From: Azolla caroliniana
Taxonomy: Eukaryota; Plantae; Polypodiophyta
Assembly (NCBI GenBank): GCA_043228905.1
Contig: JBHGNT010000015.1
Span: 14,012,001 to 14,076,000, forward strand
DNA length: 64,000 nucleotides
Direction: 5' to 3'
The notes below the pieces were generated by a model. It saw only the letters and a list, made by a program, of their open reading frames with translations, had not been told where the DNA came from and did no database searches. Shown in pieces: positions 13,408 to 23,935 of the stretch. Within the stretch, counting starts at the first letter, position 1. Every line of letters begins with the position of its first letter. Made by a program: the position numbers and the translations under genes.

Positions 13408-14481
13408 TCATGCGGTTCTCTTCTCTATAATAATGACCTTGCCATCTCTATGTACAACCCATTTTCCTTCCTTTCTTGCATCAAGCACTCGTGGCATGTT
13501 TTCTTTGCGGTGTGTCACTTGGGCTGGAGTGAGATCATCGTCTAAGTATATTTTTTCACCCTTGAGTGCCTTTCTTTTAGAGAGGAAAGCTTTTTTCTTG
13601 TCAATATCCATGAAGCGGATAATAAGGGCTTTAGCTCTAGATTCATCTCTTCCCACCCTCCACGCCAAAGTAAATGGAATATCTAATGCTCCAATCTTTA
13701 TTCCGAGATTCTTGGCATCTTCTTGTGGACTTCCCTTTTCAGCCCAACCAACCACTCGTACATGCAACGCACGAGCTTTCCTCTTGGCTTCTTCTTCTAA
13801 AGTAGCATTCATCATTGTCATCCTATCCATGGATGTTCCTTTTTGCTTTTTTACTACCTCTATCCAAGGAGCATTTGCTTTAATTTCGTTTTGGGTGTGC
13901 TCAACTTGAGCTTTAGCATCTTTGGCCATGTCTGCCCATGTTTGCATTTCCTTCGTGACATTGGCTTTCACTATAGAGATGCATCTTTCCACTGCTTCTT
14001 GTCCTTTTTCTAAATCCACTTTTATAGCTCCTAACTCAACCTTACTTGAGGATATTTCATCCTTAAGGTATTGTGTTATGTCCTCCTTGAGCTCTAAGTG
14101 TGATTTCTCCACATGGCTTATTATGTCTTTCCACATCTCTTCTAATAACTTAGCTTTGAGAGAGGCATACAATTCTGTTTTCTGTTTCTCTATCTCCTTT
14201 TCCATTTCTTCTTTTAGTGTCATTTCTATATCCTCTCTAATAAGATTGATCTCTTGCGCAATCAAATGGCATAATAAATCATGTTTCCCATTTTCGACAT
14301 CAAATGGAATGTCGGATGGGGCTTGCGTTCTAGGTGCCTTGTGGGTCCTTCTAATGTTATTTGGGGTGTTTCCATCCCGTCCTTTTCGTCTATAATATTT
14401 TCTTGGGGTCTTCCATGGATCTGGACCCTCGTCATGCGTGTTAAGATCCATGTTTTCATTTTCGGTCCATTCAAACTCCAT
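13408..14481 (-). CDS. LINE ORF1 protein (coiled coil plus RRM/CTD-like), open 357 aa
   Basis: Long E/K-rich helical region, then AWRVGR...ALIIRF...KIYLDDDLTPAQ, typical of LINE ORF1. It lies immediately upstream of ORF2. Confidence 0.85.
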   Translation of the reverse strand: MEFEWTENENMDLNTHDEGPDPWKTPRKYYRRKGRDGNTPNNIRRTHKAPRTQAPSDIPFDVENGKHDLLCHLIAQEINLIREDIEMTLKEEMEKEIEKQKTELYASLKAKLLEEMWKDIISHVEKSHLELKEDITQYLKDEISSSKVELGAIKVDLEKGQEAVERCISIVKANVTKEMQTWADMAKDAKAQVEHTQNEIKANAPWIEVVKKQKGTSMDRMTMMNATLEEEAKRKARALHVRVVGWAEKGSPQEDAKNLGIKIGALDIPFTLAWRVGRDESRAKALIIRFMDIDKKKAFLSKRKALKGEKIYLDDDLTPAQVTHRKENMPRVLDARKEGKWVVHRDGKVIIIEKRTA

Positions 14482-14756
14482 GGTGTCTTAGGACAGCAGG
14501 TATAGGAGATGTTGAGGGTAGAAAGAACAATATAGATTCTAGAGATTTCTACTAGTCAAAAAGCATAGAGGAACAAATTTGGCAGAAGATACAGGGAATC
14601 AGATTTGGCAAAAAACGCCAAAAGTCCCAATTCAACTGGAACACTAACATTGTTCCTGAGACTTTGCCCAACATTGGTGAAATCCAAATATATAGAAAAA
14701 CATCAAAAACTAGCCCATACATCGAGATCAATTGGACGTCTAAATTCTACAAATGC

Positions 14757-15300
14757 CAAACTACTAGAGGAGCCTTCAGATTTTACATCCTCTAAGAACT
14801 TAATTATAGCTTCCTTCAAGGATTTCGCCTATAAAACACAAAAATCAACCAAATCAATATACACTTTCTCCAAAATTTCAAGAAAAACATATATTTACAT
14901 CTCGTAATAACCAAAAAAACACACAAGTAGTTGCTTGCACATAAAAAACAAAATGTGTACAGATAACAAGGGTTTTAGATTATACCTTACTAATGTACCA
15001 ATCTAATGATGTTCGAAGTGCATACACATAAATATTTAGAGGATATGGAGCAACACCTCGGAATATAACATCAGCCATACAGTGTGCAAGATTCGTGTAG
15101 ATTTCAGACTGTCTCCTTTGCGTCAAAACATAAGAGAGATTTTTGCTTTCTTTGAAGGATCATAAGGTTTCCAAGTGAGAAGATCAAAACATTATACTTC
15201 ATTGAAATTCATGGGGTTGGAGGTCGAGACGAAATGCTGAACAAAAGCCTTCTAAATGAAACATTTAAAAGGCCACTAAAACCATCCTCCTTCATTAAAT
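14757..15300 (-). pseudogene. MRS2/CorA-like gene copy 5 (N-terminal exon, intact 157-nt intron 14829-14985, start of next exon)
   Basis: ...PYPLNIYVYALRTSLDWYISK|gtataa...ttttatag|AKSLKEA..., phase-0 GT-AG intron. Confidence 0.75.
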
Positions 15301-16147
15301 CCACCTTCATTACTTTGGGACTTCGTCTATTACGGAAACACTCAAAAGAGAAGATTGACCACTTACCACGTATGTACTATCTACACCTATTCCAGAGGGC
15401 TAAAGAAAAAGCCATTAACAACTGGGCGAATCACCACATATCAGTCACATATATAGTTTCATCCAATGTCGCCTCTACATTTTTATGCACAACAAGTACC
15501 AACAATAAAATGAAGGACAAAACCAATATGTGCATGTCAATTGTACAAAATATAAGTTGCAACATTCAATATTGACATCCTTACGCTTTATCACCCAATT
15601 TAGTACTACAAATGATTTTGGTGTTGAAGCTTGTGACATAATACACGTGGTTTTTTTTCCTTCCTGAACAACCCATACCAATATACCACATCTATTCAAA
15701 TAAAGCTATGTTTTATCTATAGACAACAAAGATACATGGTGAAATCCAAATATACAGAAAAACATAAAAAACTAGCACATACATCGAGATCAATTGGACG
15801 TCTAAAATCTTTGAATGCCACGTTCACAGCCAAACATTAAAACATAAACATGTTAAGAAACCAAAACAAAGGAGCCATTTAAGCTCTGTTGTATCTATAG
15901 ACAAGAAAGATACATAGTGAAATCCAAATATATAGAAAAACATCAAACACTAGCACGTATATCGAGATCAATTCGATGTCTAAATTCTGCAAATGCCACG
16001 TTCACAGCCAAACATTAAAACATAAACATGTAAAGAAACCAAAACAAAGGAGCTATTTAACATGTGAACCATAAAAATAGAAAAAGGCCACTACACACAA
16101 CCCTCAGAAAAAAAAAATTCCTTCACAACGTTGCATTATGACCATTC

Positions 16148-16820
16148 GTCAACATATCAATCCCATGAATTTTAAGACTTTTTAAGCAACACCCAGCAAG
16201 AAAACTATTAAAAGAGAAACTATCCCAATAGATGTCAATGACAATTGACCATCTTTAATATCAATATAGAGGGTCAGATAGAGAAAAAAGATCGTTACTA
16301 AGAAACCGAAGTAGGTAAGGACAAGCTGCAACTCATTGAATTTGCCACCTTTCTCCTCCTGAAGGAAGGATTGGTATACACATAATCCAAAAGGTCATGA
16401 ACACGAGAGGTTTGATACCTTCTTAATAGAAACATGACCACCATAAACCTTCAACCCTCGTGAAACTTAAAAGGAGATCAGATAACAAAGCTACATACAA
16501 GGAAAACATTCAACCTTAAAAAAGCATTAATTTGAATTATTTAACTTACTGATTTTAATAACTTAACATTTTGAATATACGTGAAGGTTTTCAATATTTG
16601 GATCTTCAATACTTGTGAACAACATTTGACGTAGAATTGTATCCTTCGCAGTATATACGATATCAAGGGTTGACACAACATACGTCAAAAGATTTACACA
16701 GGCCCGAATGCTTTGTTCTTGAATCTTCCATTGCCAAACTGCTAGAGAAGCCTTTAGATTTGGCATCCTCTAAGAACTTATTTGTAGCTTCATTCAAAAG
16801 ATTCATTCAAGGATTTCGCC
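16148..16820 (-). pseudogene. MRS2/CorA-like gene copy 6 (3' exons, decayed)
   Basis: QEQSIRACVNLLTYVVSTLDIV...LFTSIEDPNIENL, followed by the 48-nt exon and the TM exon, with indels and stops. Confidence 0.7.
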
Positions 16821-17356
16821 TGATGTTGGTGTTGAAGCTTGTGACATAATACACGTCGCTTTTTTCCCCTTCCTGAACAACCCATACCAATATATCACAT
16901 CTATTCAAATAAAGCTATGTTTTATCTATAGACAACAAAGATACATTGTGAAATCTAAATACATAGAAAAACATCAAAAACTAGCACATACATCGAGATC
17001 AATTGGACGTCTAAAATCTTCGAATGCCACGTTCACAGCCAAACATTAAAACATAAACATGTTAAGAAACCAAAACAAAGGAACCATTTAAACTTTGTTG
17101 CATCTATAAACAAGAAAGATACATAGTGAAATCCAAATATATAGAAAAACATCAAAAACGAGCATGTACATCGAGATCAATTGGACGTCTAAATTCTGCA
17201 AATGGCACGTTCACAACCAAACATTAAAACATAAACATGTAAAGAAACCAAAACAAAGGAGCCATTTAACATGTGAACCATAAAAATAGAGAAAGGCCAC
17301 TACACACAACCCTCAGAAAAAAAAATTCCTTCACAACATTGCATTATGACCATTCG

Positions 17357-18039
17357 TCAACATATCAAGCCCATGAATTTTAAGACTCTGTAAGCAACAC
17401 CCAACAAGAAAACTAATAAAAGAGAAACTATCCCAACAGATGTCAATGACAATTGACCATCCTTAATATCAATATAGAGGGTCGGATAGAGAAAAAAGAT
17501 CGTTAATAAGAAACCGAAGTAGGTAAGGGCAAGCTGCAACTCATTGATTTTGCCACCTTTCTCCTCCTGAAGGAAAGATTGGTATACACATAATCCAAAA
17601 GGTCATGAACACGAGAGTTTTGATACCTTCTTAATAGAAACATGACCACCATAAACCTCCAACCCTCGTGAAACCTGAAAGGAGATTAGATAAGAAACCT
17701 ACATACAAGCAAAACAATCAACCTAAAAAGAGCATTAATTTTAATTATTTAACTTACTGATTGTAATAACTTGACATTTTTAGACAAGCACTCCAAGTAA
17801 GTCTGTAAATATCCTTGAAGTTTTTCAATATTTGGGTCTTCAATACTTGTGAACAACATTTGACGTAAAATTGTATCCTTCGTAGCAAATACAGCATCAA
17901 GGGCTGACACAACATACGTGAAAATATCTACACAAGCCCTAATGCTTTGTTCTTGTTCTTCCATTGGCGAACTGCTAGAGAAGCCTTTAGATTTTGCATC
18001 CTCTAAGAACTTATTTGCAGCTTCATTCAAGGATTTCAT
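17357..18039 (-). CDS. MRS2/CorA-like copy 7: open spliced 179-aa C-terminal half, join(18039-17758, 17674-17627, 17566-17357)
   Basis: Three phase-0 exons of 282, 48 and 210 nt with GT-AG introns of 83 and 60 nt. Reads MKSLNEAANKFLEDAKSK...NVKLLQS|VSRGLEVYGGHVSIKK|EEKGGKINELQLALTYFGFLLTIFFLYPTLYIDIKDGQLSLTSVGIVSLLLVFLLGVAYRVLKFMGLIC*, with two C-terminal hydrophobic helices. Expression is unknown. Confidence 0.55.
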
Positions 18040-18718
18040 CTATGAAACACAAAAATCAACCAAATCAGCACCTCGTAATATATCATCGGCCATAGAGTGT
18101 GCAAGATTCGTGTAGATTTCAGACTGTATCCTTTGCGTCTAAAAATAAGAGAGATTTTTGCTCTGTCTGTACGATCATAAGGTTTCCAAGTAGAGATGAA
18201 ATGCTGACCATTGAAATTATACTCCATTGAAATTCTTGGGGCTGGAGGTAGAGACGAAATGCTGACCAAAAGCCTTCTAAATGAAACATTTAAAAGGCCA
18301 CTAAAATCCTCCTTTTTCAATAAATCTGGAAATGGCAAATCAAATGGGCCATTCGCACCCTCCCTAGTAATACACATGAATTGGGACCTAGCAGGAGGTA
18401 TATCTGCCCAACCTGTAGGTGAAGGAGGATGCAGAGAATCAACGACACGTGATGATGAAACTCCGGATGATGCACTTTCAACTCCATCATCAACTTAAAC
18501 ATCCATAGTTGTGGTAGGAATCTCATGGAATGGTGGAACAGAGATTCTTGGCCAAAGAGATGCCATATGCAGTGAAGAGACCATGGTTGTTCATGTCTGT
18601 CATCAGCTAATCCCTGCACAACAAAGATTCGTGGCCAAGCAAAACGATAGACAACATGACGAAGAGATGATGGCCCTTCATGAGGTAAAGCAAAAAAATC
18701 GGCATTCTCTTGCGCCAT
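18040..18718 (-). pseudogene. N-terminal exon of MRS2/CorA-like copy 7 (stop, frameshift and deletion of splice donor)
   Basis: FMCITREGANGPFDLPFPDLLKKEDFSGLLNVSFRRLLVSISSLPPAPRISMEY. It shares with copy 4 the deletion that removes APYPLNI...ISK and the donor. Confidence 0.7.
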
Positions 18719-19393
18719 CCTTACAATCTCATGATAATGCTACAAGCAGCTTATCATAAAGTAACCCGCCTACTCCCGTTTATCGTTGGATACCATGCCA
18801 TCAACATTACTATAAAAATTAGCCAAACTTGTAGCAAAATTTTTATAAAAGAAAAAGGCTGCATCAAAATTAAAATGCGATTGATATATTTATGTATATA
18901 GATTGCAGATGCACGAAGAAACAAATATGAAATACAATACAGGTATGAGAGGGTGGAAATTTTTTGCAATGTCCCAGACTCCCAAACAGTCCAAAAAAAT
19001 GTCATCATCTCATACAAGTGATACGGATTACAGTAGTATTTGGCATCAAGCTCTGTGTAAGCTGAAGTCGGTAATAAATTATGGTAGCATTTGTCATAAA
19101 GCTAAATTCGGTAATAAATGACGAATATCTTACCCTCCAAAAGTGTCGACAACAAACTGCAAATGTCTCATACGGATGAAACGGATTGCAGTAGCACTTC
19201 ACAATAAGCTATGTGTAAGCACAAGTTAGTAATAAATTACGAATAAGAAGAATGGCCTTTCTTACCCTTGACGAATATCTCTGGCCGAAAACAAGGGCAA
19301 CTCTTACCCTCACAACAAAAGGAGAAGAGATTGCAGAATGGAAGGGGGGTATTTGAAGGCAAGGATCGAAGAATGGGTTGGGGACGCCAATGG

Positions 19394-19671
19394 CTTCGTT
19401 GGCGGGGCTGCTGTTGAAGATCGGTGTTCACGCAGGCAAACGTTCGCTACTGTATCGATCGATGTAGGAAATGGAATGAAATTAAACAAATTAAAAGAAA
19501 AAGGTTCAAAATCTACCGGCTACTTTGCATTTTTCTCCATTGAAGAAGCAAAACTACACTATAAGCATTGTTCACTATTGTACTTATGAACTCATATTTA
19601 AAATACATCATGTGACTATGACTCTATTTCTTGCTTTAAATTAGACGTTGTTTGCATATGAAACAATGGTA
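19394..19671 (-). repeat. Right arm of ~300-bp inverted repeat (pairs with 1020-1324)
   Basis: See left arm. It lies directly upstream of a pyrimidine-rich (minus strand) 5'UTR-like stretch at 19240-19390. Confidence 0.9.
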
Positions 19672-20022
19672 GTGATTCAAATATGAGTGTGTTACATGGT
19701 TTAAATATCAAATCACTTGATATAATGTTACTTTGAATACGAATCACAATATGAGTTGATCACATAAATTAATCTAACGTATGTGCTATGAATTTGGAGA
19801 AAACAAACATGAGATATGTGCTATGAATCTAACATCATTCTAGAGTAGGATTAACGTTCTTACCATTCTTGATGATAGGTTCAAATGGAATTATACGATT
19901 CCATCATTTTTCCTTTCAAAACTATAAATATTGGAAGCTTTTTTAAATTTTTCACTATGGAGTACGTTATGAGTATGGGTATCAACTTTCTAATAGTATG
20001 TTTATGAATATTGCAAAGATTA

Positions 20023-20240
20023 TTACCACTAAGGTGTCAGTGTAGTGGTAGTAGAGGAAAGCTCGAACACTAAGGGTGAAAATTTGAGTCCCCCCCACTG
20101 CTAGCTAACAAACCTGTGGTACCTCGCCTTCAGGTGGTTGTTTGACTGCATGTGTGCCTTCGGGCAATGTGGTGGTTTCGAGAGTGAGTGGGATGCCTTC
20201 ATCCACAAGTTGTGCGGTGGATTCCAGCAATACAACAAAG
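20023..20240 (+). mobile_element. Putative tRNA-derived SINE, copy 1
   Basis: Colinear with 25067-25303. A-box-like CAGTGTAGTGG, decayed B-box, GT-rich body. Confidence 0.55.
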
Positions 20241-20390
20241 TCTCACAATCAAAAGCTATCTAACCCAAAAGCTTGCTTACTTGTGGCAGGTATTTGCACC
20301 AAAGGTGGTTGAATCGTCATGATCTGTTGGAGAAGGTTGGTTTCTACATTTGCCGTCTTCTCCACTTGACTCTTTTTGGTAGGTAACGAG

Positions 20391-20547
20391 TTGTAGCTTT
20401 CTCCGAGACAAGATTCATGCATGATTCATAATCTCTGAGAGGACTTTGGACATGCGAAATTCTACTTGTACAGCTTTTTCCGAGACAAGATTCATGCATG
20501 ATCCATAATCTCTCAAAGGACTTTGGACACGCGAAATTCTACTTGTC
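20391..20547. repeat. Tandem duplication, 2 x ~78 bp
   Basis: ccgagacaagattcatgcatgat.cataatctc...ggactttggaca.gcgaaattctacttgt occurs twice. Confidence 0.9.
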
Positions 20548-21989
20548 CGTCACTATGACCATTGCTCAACAAAAAATCTTAGTAGAAAAAACATTACTAA
20601 AGATAATAAGCAAAATGGTCACATAAGCATTATCATCTTGTAATGCTCCCATGTTTATGGTATATTATAGAGCTTTCATGATAGCAAATAATTGCTAAGC
20701 TCATCAGTTTGCATGTCATTCATTACCTCAATCCTAGTAATCATTTGTATTTTAAATCAAATGAAATAATATTTGAAAAAAATAACAAATAATATAGAAA
20801 GTAATGAGAAAAATATCAATAGAATAATGAATAAGTTATGATTTCATGCATGTCAAAAGGACTACAAAATCACAATTTATCGTGCAAAAAAAAATATTGT
20901 AGCCTTTTTAAAAAAATGCTCCATATAAATGAATCAATTGGGGAGAAATAAATTATGTTAACATCATTATCAAATAATATCAGTGAAACACACCATATAG
21001 GAGTGTTAGCACTGGTATAAGATACATAAACACGTAAAAAAATCAGAATTTATACAAAAAACTGATAATTTACGCATAGTCAATTTTTTTGCATATTTAC
21101 ATTTCCCACACTCTCCTGGGCCTATGGAAATGTTTTCGGAATTTATCAGGCACGCTTACTATGTTTTTTGGATTTTTTACTAAAATCCTATATATTTGTA
21201 GTTTTCTTCGAAAATAATAATAATGTATACATATTAATTTAGAAAAAGATACTAATCGGGTTTCTTATTTATAGACGATGAGAAAAAAAACAAACCATAT
21301 CTATAAATAAAATCATCGTTTTTTTGTTTTTAAAGCTAAATATCTCTCTTTTTTCTTTTTTTCTTTTTTAAACGCTGGCTTTTTTAATCCAAAGTTTTTT
21401 ATTTTGCTTTTTTACAGTATGGAGGTTGTACCTTTGCTTTTTTGGGAGCCACCTAAGCTTGTAGCCTATTGTGCACTCGATATTGGAGGCACCAAGGGGC
21501 GTTTGGTATGTGGCCACCACGAATTTGGAGATGCCCACGAAGTGGAAGATGTTCTAGAAAGTCCAAAACGTCAACCTTGATATGGTTTTACGTTTAGATT
21601 TTTCTTCTAGAACCATGCCAAGACACTTAATATCTCAGTGATGAGTTCACTTATGCATCTGGCTTTGTCTTTTTTTCCAACAAGCTATTTATACGTTCTT
21701 GCTCACACTTATTGCTCACTTGTTATCTTGGCAACATTATTTCTCCTATGCTGCAATTTTGTGTAGGCCCTAATTTTGATATTTCCCACACCATGGCTGC
21801 CTCCTCGCATTAGATTGTCTCTCATATGAGGGTAAATACCAGTATCTCAACTGTAAGTTGCACCTATTTCTAGTTCTGTTATCGGAATAACAAGATTACC
21901 CACTATGCTATTTCAGTGGATGTTTTGTGCTGTGATTTTTCCTTCAACAAGCTGATGAAACTAATTTAGAAGCACTACCATAAGCTATT

Positions 21990-23935
21990 TAATATCCTTC
22001 TCAACTGCATGTTGTTGGGATTGATTGTTTCTCTTGGAGGTTGCTTTGCTTAAGTATAGAAGGCCAATAACATGACTATTGGATCCTATCCATTACTATA
22101 CTATTGCTCGGTTCAAGAGACGGAACTGCTTGCTATTATATATGCACTTGATAAGTTGCATTGTTATTAATAGAGTAGCATCTCATACAATTCTACAGAT
22201 CATTACTGCCTCTCACACTTCCTAACTCAAACAAGTTTTGAGCGATGGAAAATGACTTGGGCGGAGTTGATGATACATTTCGATTTCGAAATCCACTTTT
22301 CTAAAGAGGTTTCGATATCAGTAGTAGATGTGTTGAGTTGAAATATGGGAAGTGCATGCCCTAAGTTTCTCGGAATTGTCCGATGATCTGAAAACATTTT
22401 CCGGGGTTAATACCTATTACCAATACGTTGATGAAAGAACTTTCTTGCCATTCTAGAAGAGAGCTTAATCAAGTATTATTACTGGTGTCACTTTTAGAAC
22501 CTCACCTCCAAGGAACCTTTACTATTTAGCAAATAATTTGCTATACTATAATAGTAAGGTTGGCATTCCAGATAACAAAGACATAAAGAAGATGACTCTT
22601 TATGACTCCTTTGCAAGATATCAGAGAATGTGTACTTCGCTAGCTATGCTAGAATGTTATTTTTACCACCAAAGAATAATGACTAGGGTAGAAGACTATG
22701 CTATACACTTTCCACTGTGTCAAGTTGTTAAGACGGAGTGACTTCAGAAAGTTGGTCACTATTCCAACTCCGATGTGGAAGGGTATATTGATGGATTTTG
22801 TTGTTGCATTACCTCTCACTTTGGCTAGTCATGGATTGACTAACAAAGATGGCAAAGTTCATTGCAACTAAATCCACAATTACTGCAAAGAATTTGTCTT
22901 AAAAGTTCTTTGAGAAACTTTGTAGACTATCTACTCTACCTCAGACAATTGTGTACAGACTCTAAGTCCAAAATTAACTTTCGGCCAGAAATATGGACTA
23001 TGTTGGAATAACATTGAGTCTCAATTCTATGGATTATCCTTAGTCAAACGGGCCGACAAAAGGGATTGATCCAGAAGAGGATATGTTGAGTACATATGTG
23101 TTGCAAGCAACCATAGTGCTAGAGATATATCAACGACATTTAATGTTGATGTATCGACCTTTGCCACAAACACCAATAGATTCGTGTGCCAATTTAGCGC
23201 CAAGGTATTGTGATCCTTATCAAGAATTTGGGTCTCAGTACATTCCTTCTAGATAAGCCTTTTAATGTTACGTTGCATCCAGTTCTTCACGTGAGTGGTT
23301 TGAATGGATCTTGCGTATGATGATAATGTTGTTTCTCCGTTTAGAGTTACTTCATTATAGGATGTTACATTTACTCTACTTGAACCTAACTATCCGTGAC
23401 AATAGGACTTCAACCTTATGGTTCAAGATGATTCATAAGTATAAGGTTAAGTGGAAAGATTTCATTAAGGAGGTTGACACTTGGGAGAACATTACGTTAA
23501 TATATTACCTTTTCCCTTGTTTTAAATTGCAAGAGTGCAATTATTTGGAGAGGGGGGAGTATGTAATGTTCACAATCCTTAAGTGTAATTAACGGGATGT
23601 TGTTCTACAATATCAGAGTCATTGGATGCTTGACTTAGACCTTGTGTGTGTATTTGGCGCCACACATATAATTGGTTGTTGTAGTTGGCTCATTAATGGC
23701 CAATGTCAACTGGCCAAAGTCCTATATAAGTGAGTGTGCACACCCTTGGGGGGGACGCTTCCCATAATTGGGTTGTGCGCCCATAGAGGAGGGGTTCCAG
23801 GAGAGGGAGGCTCTCTTGATTGAGGACTAGACATCTACCATGGTAAGGTGTGTTTGTTCTTGGCTGGGATGGGTCAATTCATGACATCCACACTGTCGGA
23901 ATCGACTCTGGCACGGGGGCGGATGGGTGGTAACA
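21990..23935 (+). mobile_element. Highly decayed Ty3/Gypsy chromovirus relic (RNase H, integrase, chromodomain, PPT, 3' LTR)
   Basis: Remnants ELLAIIYALDK...TDH (~22125-22203), MDFVVALPLT (~22790), YP*SNGPT (~23035) and KYKVKWKD...DTWE (~23437-23488). PPT GGAGAGGGGGGAG at 23547-23559. Candidate LTR TGTAA(23562)...TAACA(23935). Confidence 0.7.

Larger units (their letters stand above)
9738..14570 (-). mobile_element. Full-length, decayed non-LTR retrotransposon (LINE; RTEX/CR1-like organisation)
   Basis: ORF1 plus ORF2 (APE endonuclease, RT, C-terminal CCHC). Candidate TSD GAACAAAT at 9730-9737 and 14571-14578. The 3' tail is ATTT-like on the minus strand. Confidence 0.9.
8446..14676. mobile_element. 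Non-autonomous hAT-type DNA transposon (Pack-type) with nested LINE
   Basis: 19-bp TIRs CAGTGTTGGGCAAAGTCTC (8446-8464) and GAGACTTTGCCCAACATTG (14658-14676, 1 mismatch). A CAGTGTT start is typical of hAT. About 1.4 kb remains without the LINE, with no transposase. The flanks (TCCCAAAC vs GTGAAATC) do not form a TSD. Confidence 0.75.
1390..18990. repeat. Shuffled tandem array of ~1.5-2-kb units: ~175-bp subrepeat pairs, MRS2-like gene fragments and a ~400-bp spacer module
   Basis: Near-identical blocks recur. gagatcaattggacgtc-type subrepeats lie at ~1410, 1590, 2865, 3045, 4850, 5030, 6060, 6240, 14725, 15790, 15965, 17000 and 17175. The terminal exon recurs at 1745, ~3195, 5167, ~6390, ~16148 and 17357. 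The spacer module lies at ~2390-2780, 4370-4765 and 15305-15700. Confidence 0.95.

Noticed and set aside
13433-14395. Antisense ORFs over LINE ORF1 and over retroelement pol genes
   Set aside because: Shadow frames of genuine coding sequence, with no independent motifs.
1390-17280. Recurrent ~175-bp repeats as a CRISPR-like array
   Set aside because: Units are long and degenerate, lack unique spacers, lie in eukaryotic context and have no cas genes. They are downstream subrepeats of the amplified gene unit.
20560-21410. AT-rich tract as a possible DNA-transposon end
   Set aside because: No TIR partner or TSD was found by eye.
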